A stretch of 63,855 nucleotides of DNA, filler included, from Olpidium bornovanus S191 (taxonomy: Eukaryota > Fungi > Olpidiomycota), in NCBI GenBank assembly GCA_017911155.1. It is 26 parts of 26 records of this genome, joined end to end, with 100 filler letters (N's around TTAATTAATTAA, not from the genome) between each part and the next. Parts side by side here need not be neighbours in the genome. Positions count along the whole stretch, not along the records: positions 48,895 to 51,343 come from JAEFCI010008415.1; positions 51,444 to 53,210 come from JAEFCI010009478.1; positions 53,311 to 54,376 come from JAEFCI010005690.1; positions 54,477 to 56,070 come from JAEFCI010011268.1; positions 56,171 to 59,887 come from JAEFCI010004252.1; positions 59,988 to 63,855 come from JAEFCI010007868.1; 20 more parts are not named here. One strand, given 5' to 3'. Both the position numbers and the translations under genes were made by a program. The notes beneath the pieces are model-generated. The model had not been told where the DNA came from and searched no databases. It saw only the letters and a program-made list of their open reading frames with translations. This document shows positions 48,895 through 62,544 of the stretch, piece by piece; positions within the stretch are counted from its first letter, which is position 1; every line of letters begins with the position of its first letter.

Positions 48895-50250
48895 GAAGGA
48901 CGCGTCGAGAGGTGCTGATTCCGGGGTAGGGCTAGCTTTGGTAGAACCATTCAAGCATAATGGTGACGAAGTTTCCTTGATGAAGATAAATTCTTTGGCT
49001 TGATCTTGCAGCATGCATGCCAAGGACGAAGGACAGAGTGTTTGATTTTGACAGCGGGAAAAGCGGGAACTTGGTGCTAAGTTGTTTAATAAAAGATTTT
49101 GACAGGGAGGAGTCAGGGCCAGTAAGCGCAATATCATCAAATTATACGCAGACAAGAATTTGAATGTTGCCGTCATTGGTATTCGAGATCATTGAAATGG
49201 TAAGAAAATCGGCGTGGATGCCAGCGCGAATGGGGGAAGAGCACGGGCGTCAGCACGCAGAACTTGTGTGGGCGGAGTGAGCGGTTGTTATGGGCGTGGT
49301 ATAGTCCCCTCCTTCGGCGCGGGCGGTAGAGAGAGAGTAAACACGCAGGGCTCGCCGGGAACTGGCTCGAAGGCAAGAGAGAGGAAATGTGGCGCGGAAA
49401 GTGTTAAACCAAAATCTGCCGGATTGGCGGAGCCTGTACAAAGCTCTCCGGAGGCGGAGGACAAGTGTAGCGGGCGGGCGGCGGGGATCTTCAAAGCCTT
49501 TGATTTGTTCAATGTATATTTCTTTGTCAATTGGGGCATTGAGATAAGCTGTAATGAAATCAGCGCAGAAGAGTTTCCAGTGGTAAGCAGAAGCCATCAA
49601 GATGATTAAACGAAGAGAAGTGAAGGATGTGACTGGGTACCAGGTAAGGTCAAAATCAATGCCCTCCCGTTGGGAATACCCTTGCGCGGTATGAAACGCT
49701 TTAACCTTATCCACTGAGCCATCAGGGTTAAGCTTGACTTTAAATAGCCAGCACAAAGTTGTGGTGCGTGCACCGAACGGTCTCGGGACAATTTTTTACA
49801 CACCGTTATCCAGAAAGGGCTTGTGTTTGGCAGCCATAGCGACTTTCCAATGGGCGGCATCAGGGCCCGTGACAGCCTCGGCGTAGATTCGGGGTTCAAG
49901 GTGGATCGAGGCTGGGTGGCCGGTGGAGACAAGTCATCGTCAGCATCTGTGGCGAGTTGGTCTGTAAGGGTGTTGAGAGAAAGGACAGGGTCTTGGACAA
50001 AGAGATCGACGTCCGTTGACAAAGGAATCTTCTGCCGGCGGGAATATTGTTGAACACACTCAAGGGCACAGGTTACTCGTTGCGGCCGTCTCTGACAATG
50101 CGGTCGATTGGAAACTTGCAAATGATGAATTTGCTGTCGAGGGCCTGTCATCGTCCCATTTGCCCATTCGAAAGAGTTTTGATGCGATACGGGCGGGATG
50201 GCTGCGTGCAAGAACAACAATGCGATTCTCGTTGTCAAAGTCGAAGTCGT
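48895..50250 (-). mobile_element. Degenerate Ty1/copia pol (integrase-RT linker and RT), stops and frameshifts
   Basis: EPRIYAEAVTGPDAAHWKVAM, CWLFKVKLNPDGSV, QGYSQREGIDF, DFITAYLNAPIDKEIYIEQ, LRRALYRLRQSGRFWF, ILVCV*FDDIALTG and FVLGM. Confidence 0.92.
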
Positions 50251-50938
50251 CGGAATCCTGCCAACATTGTCGTGAACGCTGAGAGCCGTTGTATGTCCGC
50301 GATGGCGGGATCGAAGCTCGAAACTGGACATCCCCCCTCCCTTCTCCCGCCCCTCCCGTGCCGATGAACGTCTTCCTGCCCCACCAGAAAAAGGTCTACT
50401 GATAAGCACAGAGGGAAGGAAAAAAAAAAATTTCGACGCACGCGCGCCCCGGGGCGCTTCAGGCCGCGTTTTGCGCCGTTTGGATCAGACCTTGCAGAGC
50501 TCCCGCGTCGAGCGCGCGCCCACTTTTAAGTCCTGTCGTCTTTTTTGGTCCCCCCTCCCTTCACCCCCATTTCTTGGCTTCGGTTATCAACATTTGCTTA
50601 CGATTCAAACCCGGACATAACATCGCAGATCAAACGGTATCGAACGCTACCCCGGTGCGACTGCGGCAAGTCGGGTTATTACCATTAAGTTACTGTTATC
50701 TGTTTAAAGGAATTGAACCTGACCATTTCGTAATAATATAAAAAAATACAGAATCATTAATTTCGGCCAGAAGAAAAATATCCGGATTCTTTACTTTTTG
50801 GGTATCCACCTCCGGCCAGCGCGGGGTCGAGGAAGGGGAGAAGACAAAATATGCAGGTTGAAATTTTTTTTAACAAACCACGAACGCGTGCGGGAGGGAA
50901 GGGAGGAATGGCGAAGGGGTTCAAAGTTGATTTACCCC

Positions 50939-51041
50939 TCAGCCGACGGCCGGGGCGGATCCTTGATTTTCGCCGGCTTGCAGCAGAGCCGAAACTTGCT
51001 CGGCCAGCTCTTGAAACTTAACTGGTTTAGGGACGAAGTGG
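50939..51041 (-). CDS. Terminal exon of a response-regulator receiver-domain protein (hybrid histidine kinase or RR)
   Basis: After a polypyrimidine tract and CCCAG acceptor: HFVPKPVKFQELAEQVSALLQAGENQGSAPAVG*. This matches the receiver beta5-alpha5 pattern xF(V/L)xKPVxxxEL. Confidence 0.5.
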
Positions 51042-51296
51042 CTGGGCGGGCAAAACAAACAAACAAACAAACAAAAAAGTGAGAAAACCGATTTTTTTCA
51101 ACCGGATTTAACCCTCCTCACCCTCCTCTACTCTCTCCCCTCTGCTCCTCCGCTCTTGCGGAATTTCGTGGGTGTCGGGTAGTTTACGCCCGGCAAATAG
51201 CGAGAGAGAGCTATATATATATATATATATATGTATAAAAAGAGAGAGAGAGAGAAAGAGAGATATAGAGAAATAGAGAAAGAAACAGGGAGAAGC

Positions 51297-51333
<37 letters not shown>

Positions 51334-51960
51334 CCCCCCTTCCNNNNNNNNNNNNNNNNNNNNNNNNNNNNNNNNNNNNNNNNNNNNTTAATTAATTAAN
51401 NNNNNNNNNNNNNNNNNNNNNNNNNNNNNNNNNNNNNNNNNNNCTCCCCAAAGGCTGCGTTTTTGAAGAGCGAGGTTTTTGCGCCCTCGCCTAAGTAACG
51501 CAGGAGGACCAAGTGACGGCGTGTTTGCTATATACAGTGGGAACAGAAATAGTTGGAAACATGGGGTATTCTATTATAAGCGGGTCTCAGTTCACCACGT
51601 AGATTTCTGTTGAATATCTATAGATGCGCAACTGAATGAGGCAAACATAAAGATGTACGGGTGTAGATTTCCTGTCAAGCACACTGGATTGCCAAAAAAT
51701 CTTCGTCAATTATAGTCGATTTTGATTACTAAAACAATATGTGTGCATTGGGCCCTCGGCGTAGCCCTGGAAACACTTACCTAGCAGCAGGATGAATGTG
51801 AACGCGTATCCTTGTACGCTGTCAGGAGCTCCTCAGAGCTACCCGGTAGTTGTGTAAGGTATGATGCGGTAAGATCCGCCAGCTTTCCGTCGTCATCCTG
51901 ACGGCGCACGGCAAGACAGGAGATCTCGCATTAAGGTCTGGCCAACGCGTCGTCCGGCTA

Positions 51961-52966
51961 CTATACCCGGCAATCAGGCGCCTCGCTCACCGGAAAGAAT
52001 TGCAGCCAGGATCGCAGTAGGTCAAAGCACATGGCCATATCGGTCCTCCAACTGCATATGATACTGCGTGCCCGACTCAAGCAAGCCATGAATAGCAGGG
52101 AGACGGGGATGAAATATGACTGCGAGACGGGCACCTTGAACATGCTACAACGACGTTAGAGAAAGGGAGCCAATCTTCAAGGAAGCGGGTCCGCAAAGGC
52201 TTGCTTACCAGTAGGAAGTCTCCAGAGACAACAAGCACTGCAAGGAGGTCACACATCAACTCCGCTGACTTTGAGTTGAGCCAAAAACGTGGCAACGAAA
52301 AAACGTCCACGAACCTCACTCATCAAGAGGCATGCGGCAGCGGTTCTATTTGCGGCGTGAGCCATCACCGCTTTCGTTGGCACCGCGACCAGCTGCTGTG
52401 CATCGCCTTCGGCGCTGCGTTTTGCCGCGAGACGTTGGGGAAACGCCCGTCAGCATCTGGTTGGTTCGGGGGCGCTCTGATCGGCAACGCGCGCGGGGAG
52501 AGCCACCGTACTTTTCCACGGCGAAGGGCTGCAGCAGCTCCTTCAAGAGCTGTCCTATGCGGAGGCCCCCGGCGTGTCCACCGGCAGCGAACCGGCCGGG
52601 CCGGAGCGTTACATCCCCGACGAGACGCTTCAGGTGCTTCCGGCAGGACGCCAGCTTCTTCCAGTGCGGAGCCGCCCGGTGCTGGTTCTGGTTCCGGAAG
52701 TGCGAGCGCTCCAGCGTGACCAGCTCGCTGGCCAGCGCCTGCTCCAGCTTGGCGGCCTGCCGCGCGTGGTGGCGCAGGCGGAGGTACAGCTCGCAGTGCG
52801 AGAAGGGCAGCTGCGGCGGGAGCGCCGGGCGGCCGGACTCATCCTTCTTCCTGCTAAGCGGCAGGAGACCGGCCGCGGGCAGCGAGGCGGCCGCTCGCCC
52901 TCCTCCTCCGCGGGCGTCCTGGGCAGGGTGCGGCACGGCGGCGGCGGTCCACGTGGCGGCAGCCAT
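51961..52966 (-). CDS. RMP1: RNase MRP subunit Rmp1 / NEPRO-like
   Basis: LASELVTLERSHFRNQNQHRAAPHWKKLASCRKHLKRL and VSQSYFIPVSLLFMACLSRAR match recalled Rmp1/Nepro_N motifs. Confidence 0.7.
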
Positions 52967-53089
52967 TTCAGCAGCCGGGTTTCCGGGGGAAGGGGAAGCG
53001 CGCAGGGGCAAAAGAAGCGGGAACGGGGAGCGCCGGGCGGAGAGAGAACGCAAGCAGCCGGGGCGAAGAAAAAACAGAAGCAGAGGAGG

Positions 53090-53128
<39 letters not shown>

Positions 53129-53177
53129 CCCCCCCCGGGGGCAAAAAAAAAAAAAAAAAAAAAAAGCCCCGGGGGCC

Positions 53178-53208
<31 letters not shown>

Positions 53209-54310
53209 AANNNNNNNNNNNNNNNNNNNNNNNNNNNNNNNNNNNNNNNNNNNNTTAATTAATTAANNNNNNNNNNNNNNNNNNNNNNNNNNNNNNNNNN
53301 NNNNNNNNNNCATGGCCACATAACCCGCCGCAGTCGAAAATTGTCCGCAGGATTCTCCTCGCTGACGGCTGCCGGCGCCTATCCGAAGGATCTCTTCCGA
53401 GGAAACGAGATCGGACCCGAAAGTCACCCGAAATCGACGCGTAGCCCCCCTCCCCCCCTTCCTTTTGGTCGCTCTTCCGCTATTTCGTATTATAACTCTT
53501 CGTGCGCTTACGCCCTTTTCTTTTGTGCAAAAGTACGCAAGACAGAGCAGTTCGCAAAACCTCGCGAGACCTCCGCAGACAACAGCCTCCGGCAGTACTC
53601 CACGCTGCATAGTATAACTATGGAAGCGGTTGCTCGCCCAAAAGCCATACCACAAAGCTGCGATCTTGGATCTGACGGTTCTACAAACGTTTAACTAGTA
53701 AAAGCAGCAAAAGTCCGCTGACGGGGGGCCCATGGCTGCAAGGAACCTGAAGTTCCTTTTACCTGTCGTTCGAGAAGGCCGCCGACGGATATTGTTGGAG
53801 GACGTGGCTGGGGTCGTATCCAGCCGGATATCTCTCTTCACCATGTAAATGTGTTTGTTGTGTGTTATGGCCTGAAACGCGGGTTGCGAGAACAACACCG
53901 TTGGGCGTTGATGTTTGTGCGGCCAAACGCGTTCGCCCTCCACGACTATTTCTTTGCTCCGTCACGCGGCCGAGAGTCGGTGGCGCGTCTTCCGCATCCA
54001 TTTCTTGCTGCGTCACGGAGAGTCAGTCGTGACGGTCGCCAGAAACGCCCGTCCACGCCGCGCTCGCCCTCTATGATGTGATTTAGATCTTTGTTTCGCG
54101 GTTGTCGCTTTGCCGGGGCGTTCCTTCCGCCAAGTCGCGCAACAACCGACGCTGGAGACAGGCCTACCGCGACGAAAAGCGGAGAGAGTTGATTCGCGTG
54201 CGTCGCGTCTTGCGCCGGTCTAGCGGAGGGTAGCTCGCGCACAGAAGGTTGGGGGAGGGCACGTCGCATACATTTCTGAATTGCGTCTTTGGCAACGACG
54301 CAACAAACAC

Positions 54311-54364
<54 letters not shown>

Positions 54365-54476
54365 GGGGGGTGAGAGNNNNNNNNNNNNNNNNNNNNNNNN
54401 NNNNNNNNNNNNNNNNNNNNTTAATTAATTAANNNNNNNNNNNNNNNNNNNNNNNNNNNNNNNNNNNNNNNNNNNN

Positions 54477-54985
54477 CATGCAAACAATACTGCGATCCTA
54501 CAAGTCGTCAAACAGAAAGCGAGCGTATATATAGTCAGCAAACAAAGCGTGAATTCAGCGGCGTCAAAAAAGCCAATCAATCGTACCGTTGAATTCCACG
54601 GCATCAAAGAAAAAGGTATGCCGCGGGCAGCAAAAAAAGGAGTTAAAAAGCCATTGGCGGCACAGCCGTGCAACCTGTGCCGTGGTTTCATTATCCCGTG
54701 GAGTTCTCATACAAACATAATTGAGATCCTACAAGTTTACAAACAGAAAGTATAGTGAGCAAACAACGCCTGAATTCAGCGGCGTCCAAGAAAAATACGC
54801 GAATTGACCGTGCCTCTGAATTCTCCAGCGTCAAAAAAATGGTGCGCCGAGGGCAGCGAAACGAAAAAAAGGCCTCCGACATGACAGCCGTGCCGTGGTT
54901 TCATCGTCCCGTTTGATTCTCACACAAACATGACAGCAACCCTACAAGTTTGCAAACAAAAACATGTAGTGAGCAAAAAAGCGAA
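54477..54985. repeat. Diverged tandem repeat, unit about 213-231 bp, about 2.3 copies
   Basis: CCTACAAG blocks start at 54495, 54726 and 54939; TGAATTCAGCGGCGTC and GTGCCGTGGTTTCAT also recur. Confidence 0.85.
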
Positions 54986-55604
54986 CTACTGCCCGTTTTG
55001 CGAACCGCCCGTACCGCCAAATGATAAGGTACGCCGGCAGACGTGAAAAAAAACCTTTACGCCGCAAACTGTTAAAAAAAATTCTTCCTACCGTCCTTCC
55101 TTCCTTCCGTCCTGCCGATCACGATGGCATCGCGATGCCTTTCTTCCGTGTTTCCTTCTTCCATCCTTCCTTCCTTCCTTCCTTGCTGTTAGCGCGGAAA
55201 TAACTTGCGCTTCCGGCAGAAACCGGCAGGACGCGGTCAGCCGCCACACACCTCACTGTCCCTCAAACTGGTTCAAAGGGTAAACGGGCAGACCTGGCAC
55301 AACACCACCTTCCTTTTAAATCGTCAAAATTCGGGGATTCGGACCCAACGGCCCATCGTCACGTACGCAATGTGGGATCCCTTCCAGGCATGTTCGCCGT
55401 GGACACGGGTCCTGATATGGAACCCTTGGAACTCAGCGAAGGCCGGTCCGGACCTGAGTGGTTTTGAAATCTTTTTGAAGCTCTTAAAGAGGTTTTTCAA
55501 ACGAGCCAAATGGCCTTAGTTTGGTGACCATGTGGTAATGCCGCCAGACGCATCCATAATCGATAGGAATCGTTCCCCTCTTCCAGAATGAGGCGATATC
55601 GTGG

Positions 55605-56070
55605 GAATATTCGCACGTCGCAGAAAAAAAAAAGATTCGCAGGTCGCAGAAAAAAAGAAGATTCGCAAGTCGCAAAAAAAAAGAAAATTCGCGCATCGCA
55701 AAAAAAAAGATTCGCAGGTCGCAAAAAAAGAAGATTTGTCGGTCGCAAAAAAAGGAAGATTCGCGCGTCGCAAAAAAAAGTAGATTCGCACGTCGCTAAA
55801 AAAGAAGATTTGCACGTCGCAAAGAAAAGAAGATTTGCCCGTCGCAAAAAAGAGGCGCCCGTCGCGAAATAAAAAGGAGATGCGCCCATCAAAAGAAGAT
55901 GCGCCCTTCAAAGGAGGATGCAACCGTCGCATAAAAAACAAGATGCGTGCATGGCAAAAAAGATGATGTGGCTGTCGCAAAAAAATATGCGCCTGTCAAA
56001 AGAATATGCGTCGTCGCAAAAAAGAAAAAAGAAGCGCCTGCCAAAAGAAGACGCGTCGTCGCAAAAAAAG
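55605..56070. repeat. A-tract minisatellite, about 20 units of about 20-27 bp
   Basis: Core GATTCGCAGGTCGC or GATGCGCCCGTCGC alternates with A6-A10 tracts. Confidence 0.92.
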
Positions 56071-56170
56071 NNNNNNNNNNNNNNNNNNNNNNNNNNNNNN
56101 NNNNNNNNNNNNNNTTAATTAATTAANNNNNNNNNNNNNNNNNNNNNNNNNNNNNNNNNNNNNNNNNNNN

Positions 56171-57191
56171 ACATGCAATCAAGATAGTGACCAATTCCAG
56201 AGCTATCAGGCGCATAATTTGCGCGGACAGCAAGCCAAACACGAGGCTTTCCAGCACTACACGAAAGGATGTCGAGTGCACAAGGTCCCGTTGCAGACAC
56301 AAACGAACGAGTCAGCACCCGCCAAAAGGGCGACGAGTTCCTTCCGCTGGCCCCCCGAAACGCCACCGGCTTCTTCTTACTAGCAAAGCTTTGCAGGTCA
56401 TGTGCTTCGAAAAACCACGCAAAATGAAACTTACCGATGACGTACGGTGTCGAGGGGTACCTATCTCTGTACCAATTGTGCGAGACGCCTTCGTGCTTCG
56501 CCGAAACGCGCAAGAATCTCGTCACGCCCGGCCCGGTCTGCTCCGGCAGCGGTGTATCCTCCGCGTTCTCGTAACTTTCCTGACTCTCCCCGTGCTTATT
56601 CCACTTTCGCTCTCGGACGGCCGCGGCTGCTTCCCGATATCCGAGCACTTCAAGGCTGAAACCGGTCGGAGACTTACTTTTTTATCTTCTGTTAGCGGAC
56701 ATCATCATCAGGTATCATCAGGTGCGCAAAAACGGATCACTTACCGCAGCAGGGTACGAAATTCGCGCTTCGTAGCTCCGGTACGGCTCCAGTCCCGCAA
56801 GACGGTACCATACCTCTGGCGCGGGCCGCCCGTCCTCGTGCGTTCCGTCTTCAGCATGCCACGGCGTCCGCGGGTGGACCAGTTCCTGATCTAGCTCGGT
56901 GTACGACGGCACGAGAACCTTCCTAGGCAAGGGTTTCGAGGCAGCCAGACGTCCGATCGCGAAGCGCGCGCTCGACATCCTCGCCGCAAATCAAAGACAG
57001 CCTTACCATGCCTCTTCTCGAGCGGCACGTTCCACGATTGCGGCGTCCTGTGACCCCGCCTCCTCAGGCTCCGGCTCTGCGACGGCGAACCGCAGGATCG
57101 CTGTGTTCGCGTCGGCCCCGCGGACCAGGAGACAAACGGCGATCACCGCCGCCAGGGGCGCGACTGCTCTCGCTGGCCTTCGCGGGCGCAT
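56171..57191 (-). CDS. Pga1-like GPI-mannosyltransferase II co-activator, multi-exon, partial
   Basis: Signal peptide (VAPLAAVIAVCLLVRGADA|NT), VWYRLAGLEPYRSYEARISYPA and FLRVSAKHEGVS resemble the recalled Pga1 pattern W(F/Y)xLxxL..xxYExRI(C/S)(W/Y)xA. Confidence 0.5.
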
Positions 57192-58050
57192 AACGTCCGA
57201 GTCGGCGGCTGGTGGCCTCGGGCAGTTGCGGACGGATACGTTTCAGCCCCTCCCCGAGCAAAGGCCCCTGGCATCTACCAGGCCGCGGCGCCAAGCACTC
57301 CCGGGTCGCCGACACGCGCCACACGGCAACGTAAATCTGGTGGACGCCAGAGTACGTACAGTACAGCACAGGTGTGTCGACGTGATTGACGAAAAACGCG
57401 GGCCGCCGGGGCCGTTGTGTAGCCGGCGCAGCAGCAGCAGCAGCATGCGCAGTCGAAAAACCGTCAGCCCGACCGCCAGCAGTGATCATCAGTCGGTCGG
57501 TCACTCACTCACGGTCTTGCCGTCGGCCGCGTCCGCCGGCGCCTCGACGACCACCTCTGCACCCCCCCAGCATAAAACAAAAAAAAAAAAAAAAAAAAAG
57601 GGAAGGTTACAGGGGCTTTTTTTTTCTTATTGAGAAATGGCTTTCAGGGGAACCATGGCATTCAAACTGAAGTGCTTAGGGTTAGGGTTTCAGCTTTAGG
57701 TAAGGTAGACGCGCCTCATGGCGCAGACATTGTCTGTAATTACCATTACCTAACTAAACATTGCTTGAAATAAAGCATTTACTACCTTCCAAGCCCGTAC
57801 GGACCACTTCCAAAGAGAAAAACACCGTTTGCGATGCACTTTTCGTGCGAGAGATACTCCGTGGGTACCCACTTGAGACATTTCGAGACATTAAAGCACA
57901 ATTTAGGAGCCCCCATCTTGGTCCGGTCCAGAGAGATTCTCACTAAATGTTTTGCCGGACCAAAAACAGCTTGCTATCGACTAGCCCAAACAATTGATGA
58001 CAATCTCGAAAACGGAGATGATACGGGAATAGCCTGCCCAACTGAGGTCA

Positions 58051-58056
<6 letters not shown>

Positions 58057-58103
<47 letters not shown>

Positions 58104-58168
58104 AAGAGAGAAAGAGAGAGAGGAGAGCGAGACAAAGGGGAAGGGTGTTTGTGTGTGTGTGTGTGTGT
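58057..58168. repeat. (GA)n and (GT)n microsatellites
   Basis: Directly visible tracts. Confidence 0.95.
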
Positions 58169-58556
58169 GATGAAGGAGGACCTTGCTACATACCTAAATT
58201 GATTGAATTTATGGCTATTGCTTTTTAACTGCTGTACTTCAACAACTCTCCCCAGAAGTAGCACTTGATAATCACGTGACCCGCGAAGCCTTACAACCGG
58301 CCCCGCTGCCAGGTTGGGTCAGCCGAGCGATGGGGTTCGCGTGGAAAATAACGAAAAAAAAAAAAAAAAAAAAAAAATTCGGGAGCACGCCGTTCCCCAC
58401 GCGCCCGGGCCACACCAGCTGACGACCGCGGCTCTCTCGAGACCTGCAGCTGGCTCACCCGCCCGCTCTTTCTTTGTTGCCCGCCAGCACATTTCGACGC
58501 GGGACCGATCGCGACCGTGAACTGACGGTAGCCCAAACCCTTCGCGAGGAGGCGCG

Positions 58557-59887
<1,331 letters not shown>

Positions 59888-60010
59888 NNNNNNNNNNNNN
59901 NNNNNNNNNNNNNNNNNNNNNNNNNNNNNNNTTAATTAATTAANNNNNNNNNNNNNNNNNNNNNNNNNNNNNNNNNNNNNNNNNNNNCGCCGCCCGCCGC
60001 GCCCCCCGTC

Positions 60011-61722
60011 ATGCTTGCCATAGGCCTCGAGGGTATGCCGGAACCGCCCGCGGCGATAGGACGAGACAGCCTGCGGAGGCTCTCTCGCCTCCGTCCCCCC
60101 TTCTCGCAAGGGGCCCTCGCCTTGGCTCGGCGGGCCACATCCGTTCTCTGCGGGAAGGCGGCTGACTTCTCACCTTCTCGCGTCCGCCCGCTGCAATCCC
60201 TCTTTCGCTGCAAACCGTTTCGGTTCAAGGGAGCGCTAACAAGCTGGGCGTTGGCCTGATACGCCATAGCCCGGACGGGGACCCGGCGAAAGTGGAGGTC
60301 CTCGCAAATGTCCGCAAGACCTACGTCACTCCGCCCGGTCAGGGTTTCCTCCCAAAAGACACGGCCAGGCACCACCGCGAGCACGTCGTGCCACTCGTCC
60401 GGCGCGCCCTGCAGGACGCCGGCGTGTCGCCGAAGGACGTCGACGTCGTGTGTTACACCAAAGGGCCGGGCATGGGCGCCCCGCTGTCTTCCGTCGCCCA
60501 GGTGGCCAGGGTGCTCTCGCTCCTGTGGCGCAAGCCGCTGGTAGGGGTGAACCACTGCGTTGGACGTGAGTCGCACGCCCCCTCGTTCTGGCGACGAGAT
60601 GCGGCGTCGCTGACGGAAGGCGAGGGGCGTCCCCGCTCGCAGATATCGAAATGGGCCGCCAAATCACCGGCGCCACGAACCCGGTCGTGTTGTACGTCAG
60701 CGGTGGCAACACGCAGGTGATCGCTTACTCAGAGCGGAAGTACCGCATTTTCGGCGAGACCCTTGACGTCGCGGTCGGGAACTGCTTGGACCGGTTCGCC
60801 CGCGTGCTCAACCTGCCGAACGACCCGAGCCCCGGTTTCAACATTGAGCAGATGGCGAAAAAGTGGGGGGGCCTTCTTTAAGCACACTGTCCCCCTTCCC
60901 CTCCCCACCCCCCCCCCCTTTTTCCCCACCGCCGGGCAGGGACGACGCCTGCCGCGCCGAAAAAAGCGCGGCGCTTATGCGGAAATTGTTCGCGATGCCG
61001 TTGACGTCCCGTGCGTCCCCAGGGGCACCAAGTACGTTGAGCTCCCGTACGCTGTCAAGGGGATGGACATGTCGTTATCAGGCGTCCTCGCGCACGTCGA
61101 GGCTGCGGCGGACGCGATGCTCGCCAGCGGGGAGTGCACCCCGGAAGACCTGTGCTTTTCGCTCCAGGAGACCGTTTTCGCGATGCTCGTGGAGATCACC
61201 GAGCGGGCTATGGCACACATCGGGTCTACCGAGGTCCTTATTGTCGGCGGCGTCGGATGTGCGTAGAGGTTTGGGTTTCGACGCGCGCCTGCCGAATTCG
61301 CGGGCGTCCGTCGCCGCTTGCGCGGAGAACGGGGGGGGGAAGGGGGGAATCCACCGCTTTTCAATTGTTCTCGGCTGATGGGCATCGTTACCCTACGCCG
61401 TCTTTACGCAGGCAACCTTCGATTACAGGAAATGATGGCTCAGATGGCGGAGCAGCGGGGAGGGAAGGTGTTCGCAACGGACGAGCGGTACGCGAGAGAG
61501 CGAAATGGTTGGAAGAACGATCGAGGTTCCGGTTTGATCCGAACGGAACGTCGTCGCGCGCCCGGCAACTCTCCTCATCACAGGTTCTGCATCGACAACG
61601 GCATCATGATCGCGCACGCCGGGCTCCTGGCGTTCCGTACTGGGCAGATCACGCCCTTAGACGAGTCGACAGTAACACAGCGGTTCCGTACGGATGAGGT
61701 CGACGTAGCGTGGCGGGAATAA
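60011..61722 (+). CDS. KAE1: tRNA N6-adenosine threonylcarbamoyltransferase Kae1 (OSGEP), complete, multi-exon
   Basis: AIGLEG|[27 protein letters not shown]|[43 protein letters not shown] and QRFRTDEV. Stop TAA ends at 61722. Confidence 0.98.
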
Positions 61723-62544
61723 CGGTATAGATACACTGATTACAAGGGATTCTTTAGTAGTATAGATTCTATAATTAATAATTGACACCCCGTGTGGATT
61801 TTAGGAGTCCGGCGGATGCCGTTTGCGTCACGGCGAGTCCCCACGGACCTGTCGGTCGGCATCCCGCGCTCGGTGTGATAGACGCGGTGTGATAGACGGC
61901 AACTTTGGCAGAAGTGCCGCGAGTCTGCCGAGTTACCGGTGTTCACGGGCGCTTGTCACCTTTGAGCTCGAATTCGACGCGCACAACTGCCGGGCCGCGT
62001 TTTGTCTTCCCGTTCTCAAGCAGTCCGACGCGCCGAGGAAGCCATTAGTCAAAAAAGGTTGGAACAAGAGGAAGTTTTCTGTTTTGTGCTTTCTTTTTCT
62101 TTATTGTATTCACGGCACGCGCTGGCAACGCAGGGCGCATTCACACTGCGCGTGTTTGTTGTACATGCGCGCGCGAGAGAAGAAACCGGACGGCGCAAGG
62201 CGGGGAAGGGAGGGCGGGAATTTTGTCTGTCAGCCCGTTTCGGCGGGGGTTGGCGGGGCCGCCTACGAAAAAAAAAATAAATAAAAGAATCCCGCGAGGG
62301 CCCAAAAAGGTTTGCCGGTTCTGCTCGGGCGGCGGCGAGGGCCGGGCGGAGGGAGGCGGAATGGGATTTTGGGGCGGAGTTTTTTTTTTTCTTTTTTTTT
62401 ACGAACAGAAATAAAAAAAAACTCCCGGACACGAACGCGGGTATCCCCCAGCAGAAACACGGAAAGAAAAAAAAGTCTTTTTGCAACTTCGCTTTGCGTC
62501 CACCGCCGCCCCGCCCCCCACCCCTTCCACCAGCCCCCCCAGGT

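Noticed and set aside
55605-56070. CRISPR-like array
   Set aside because: The spacers are just A-tracts, the repeats are degenerate, there are no cas genes, and the context is eukaryotic.
57670-57710. Telomere (TTAGGG)
   Set aside because: Only two perfect units plus degenerate ones, internal to a contig; insufficient.
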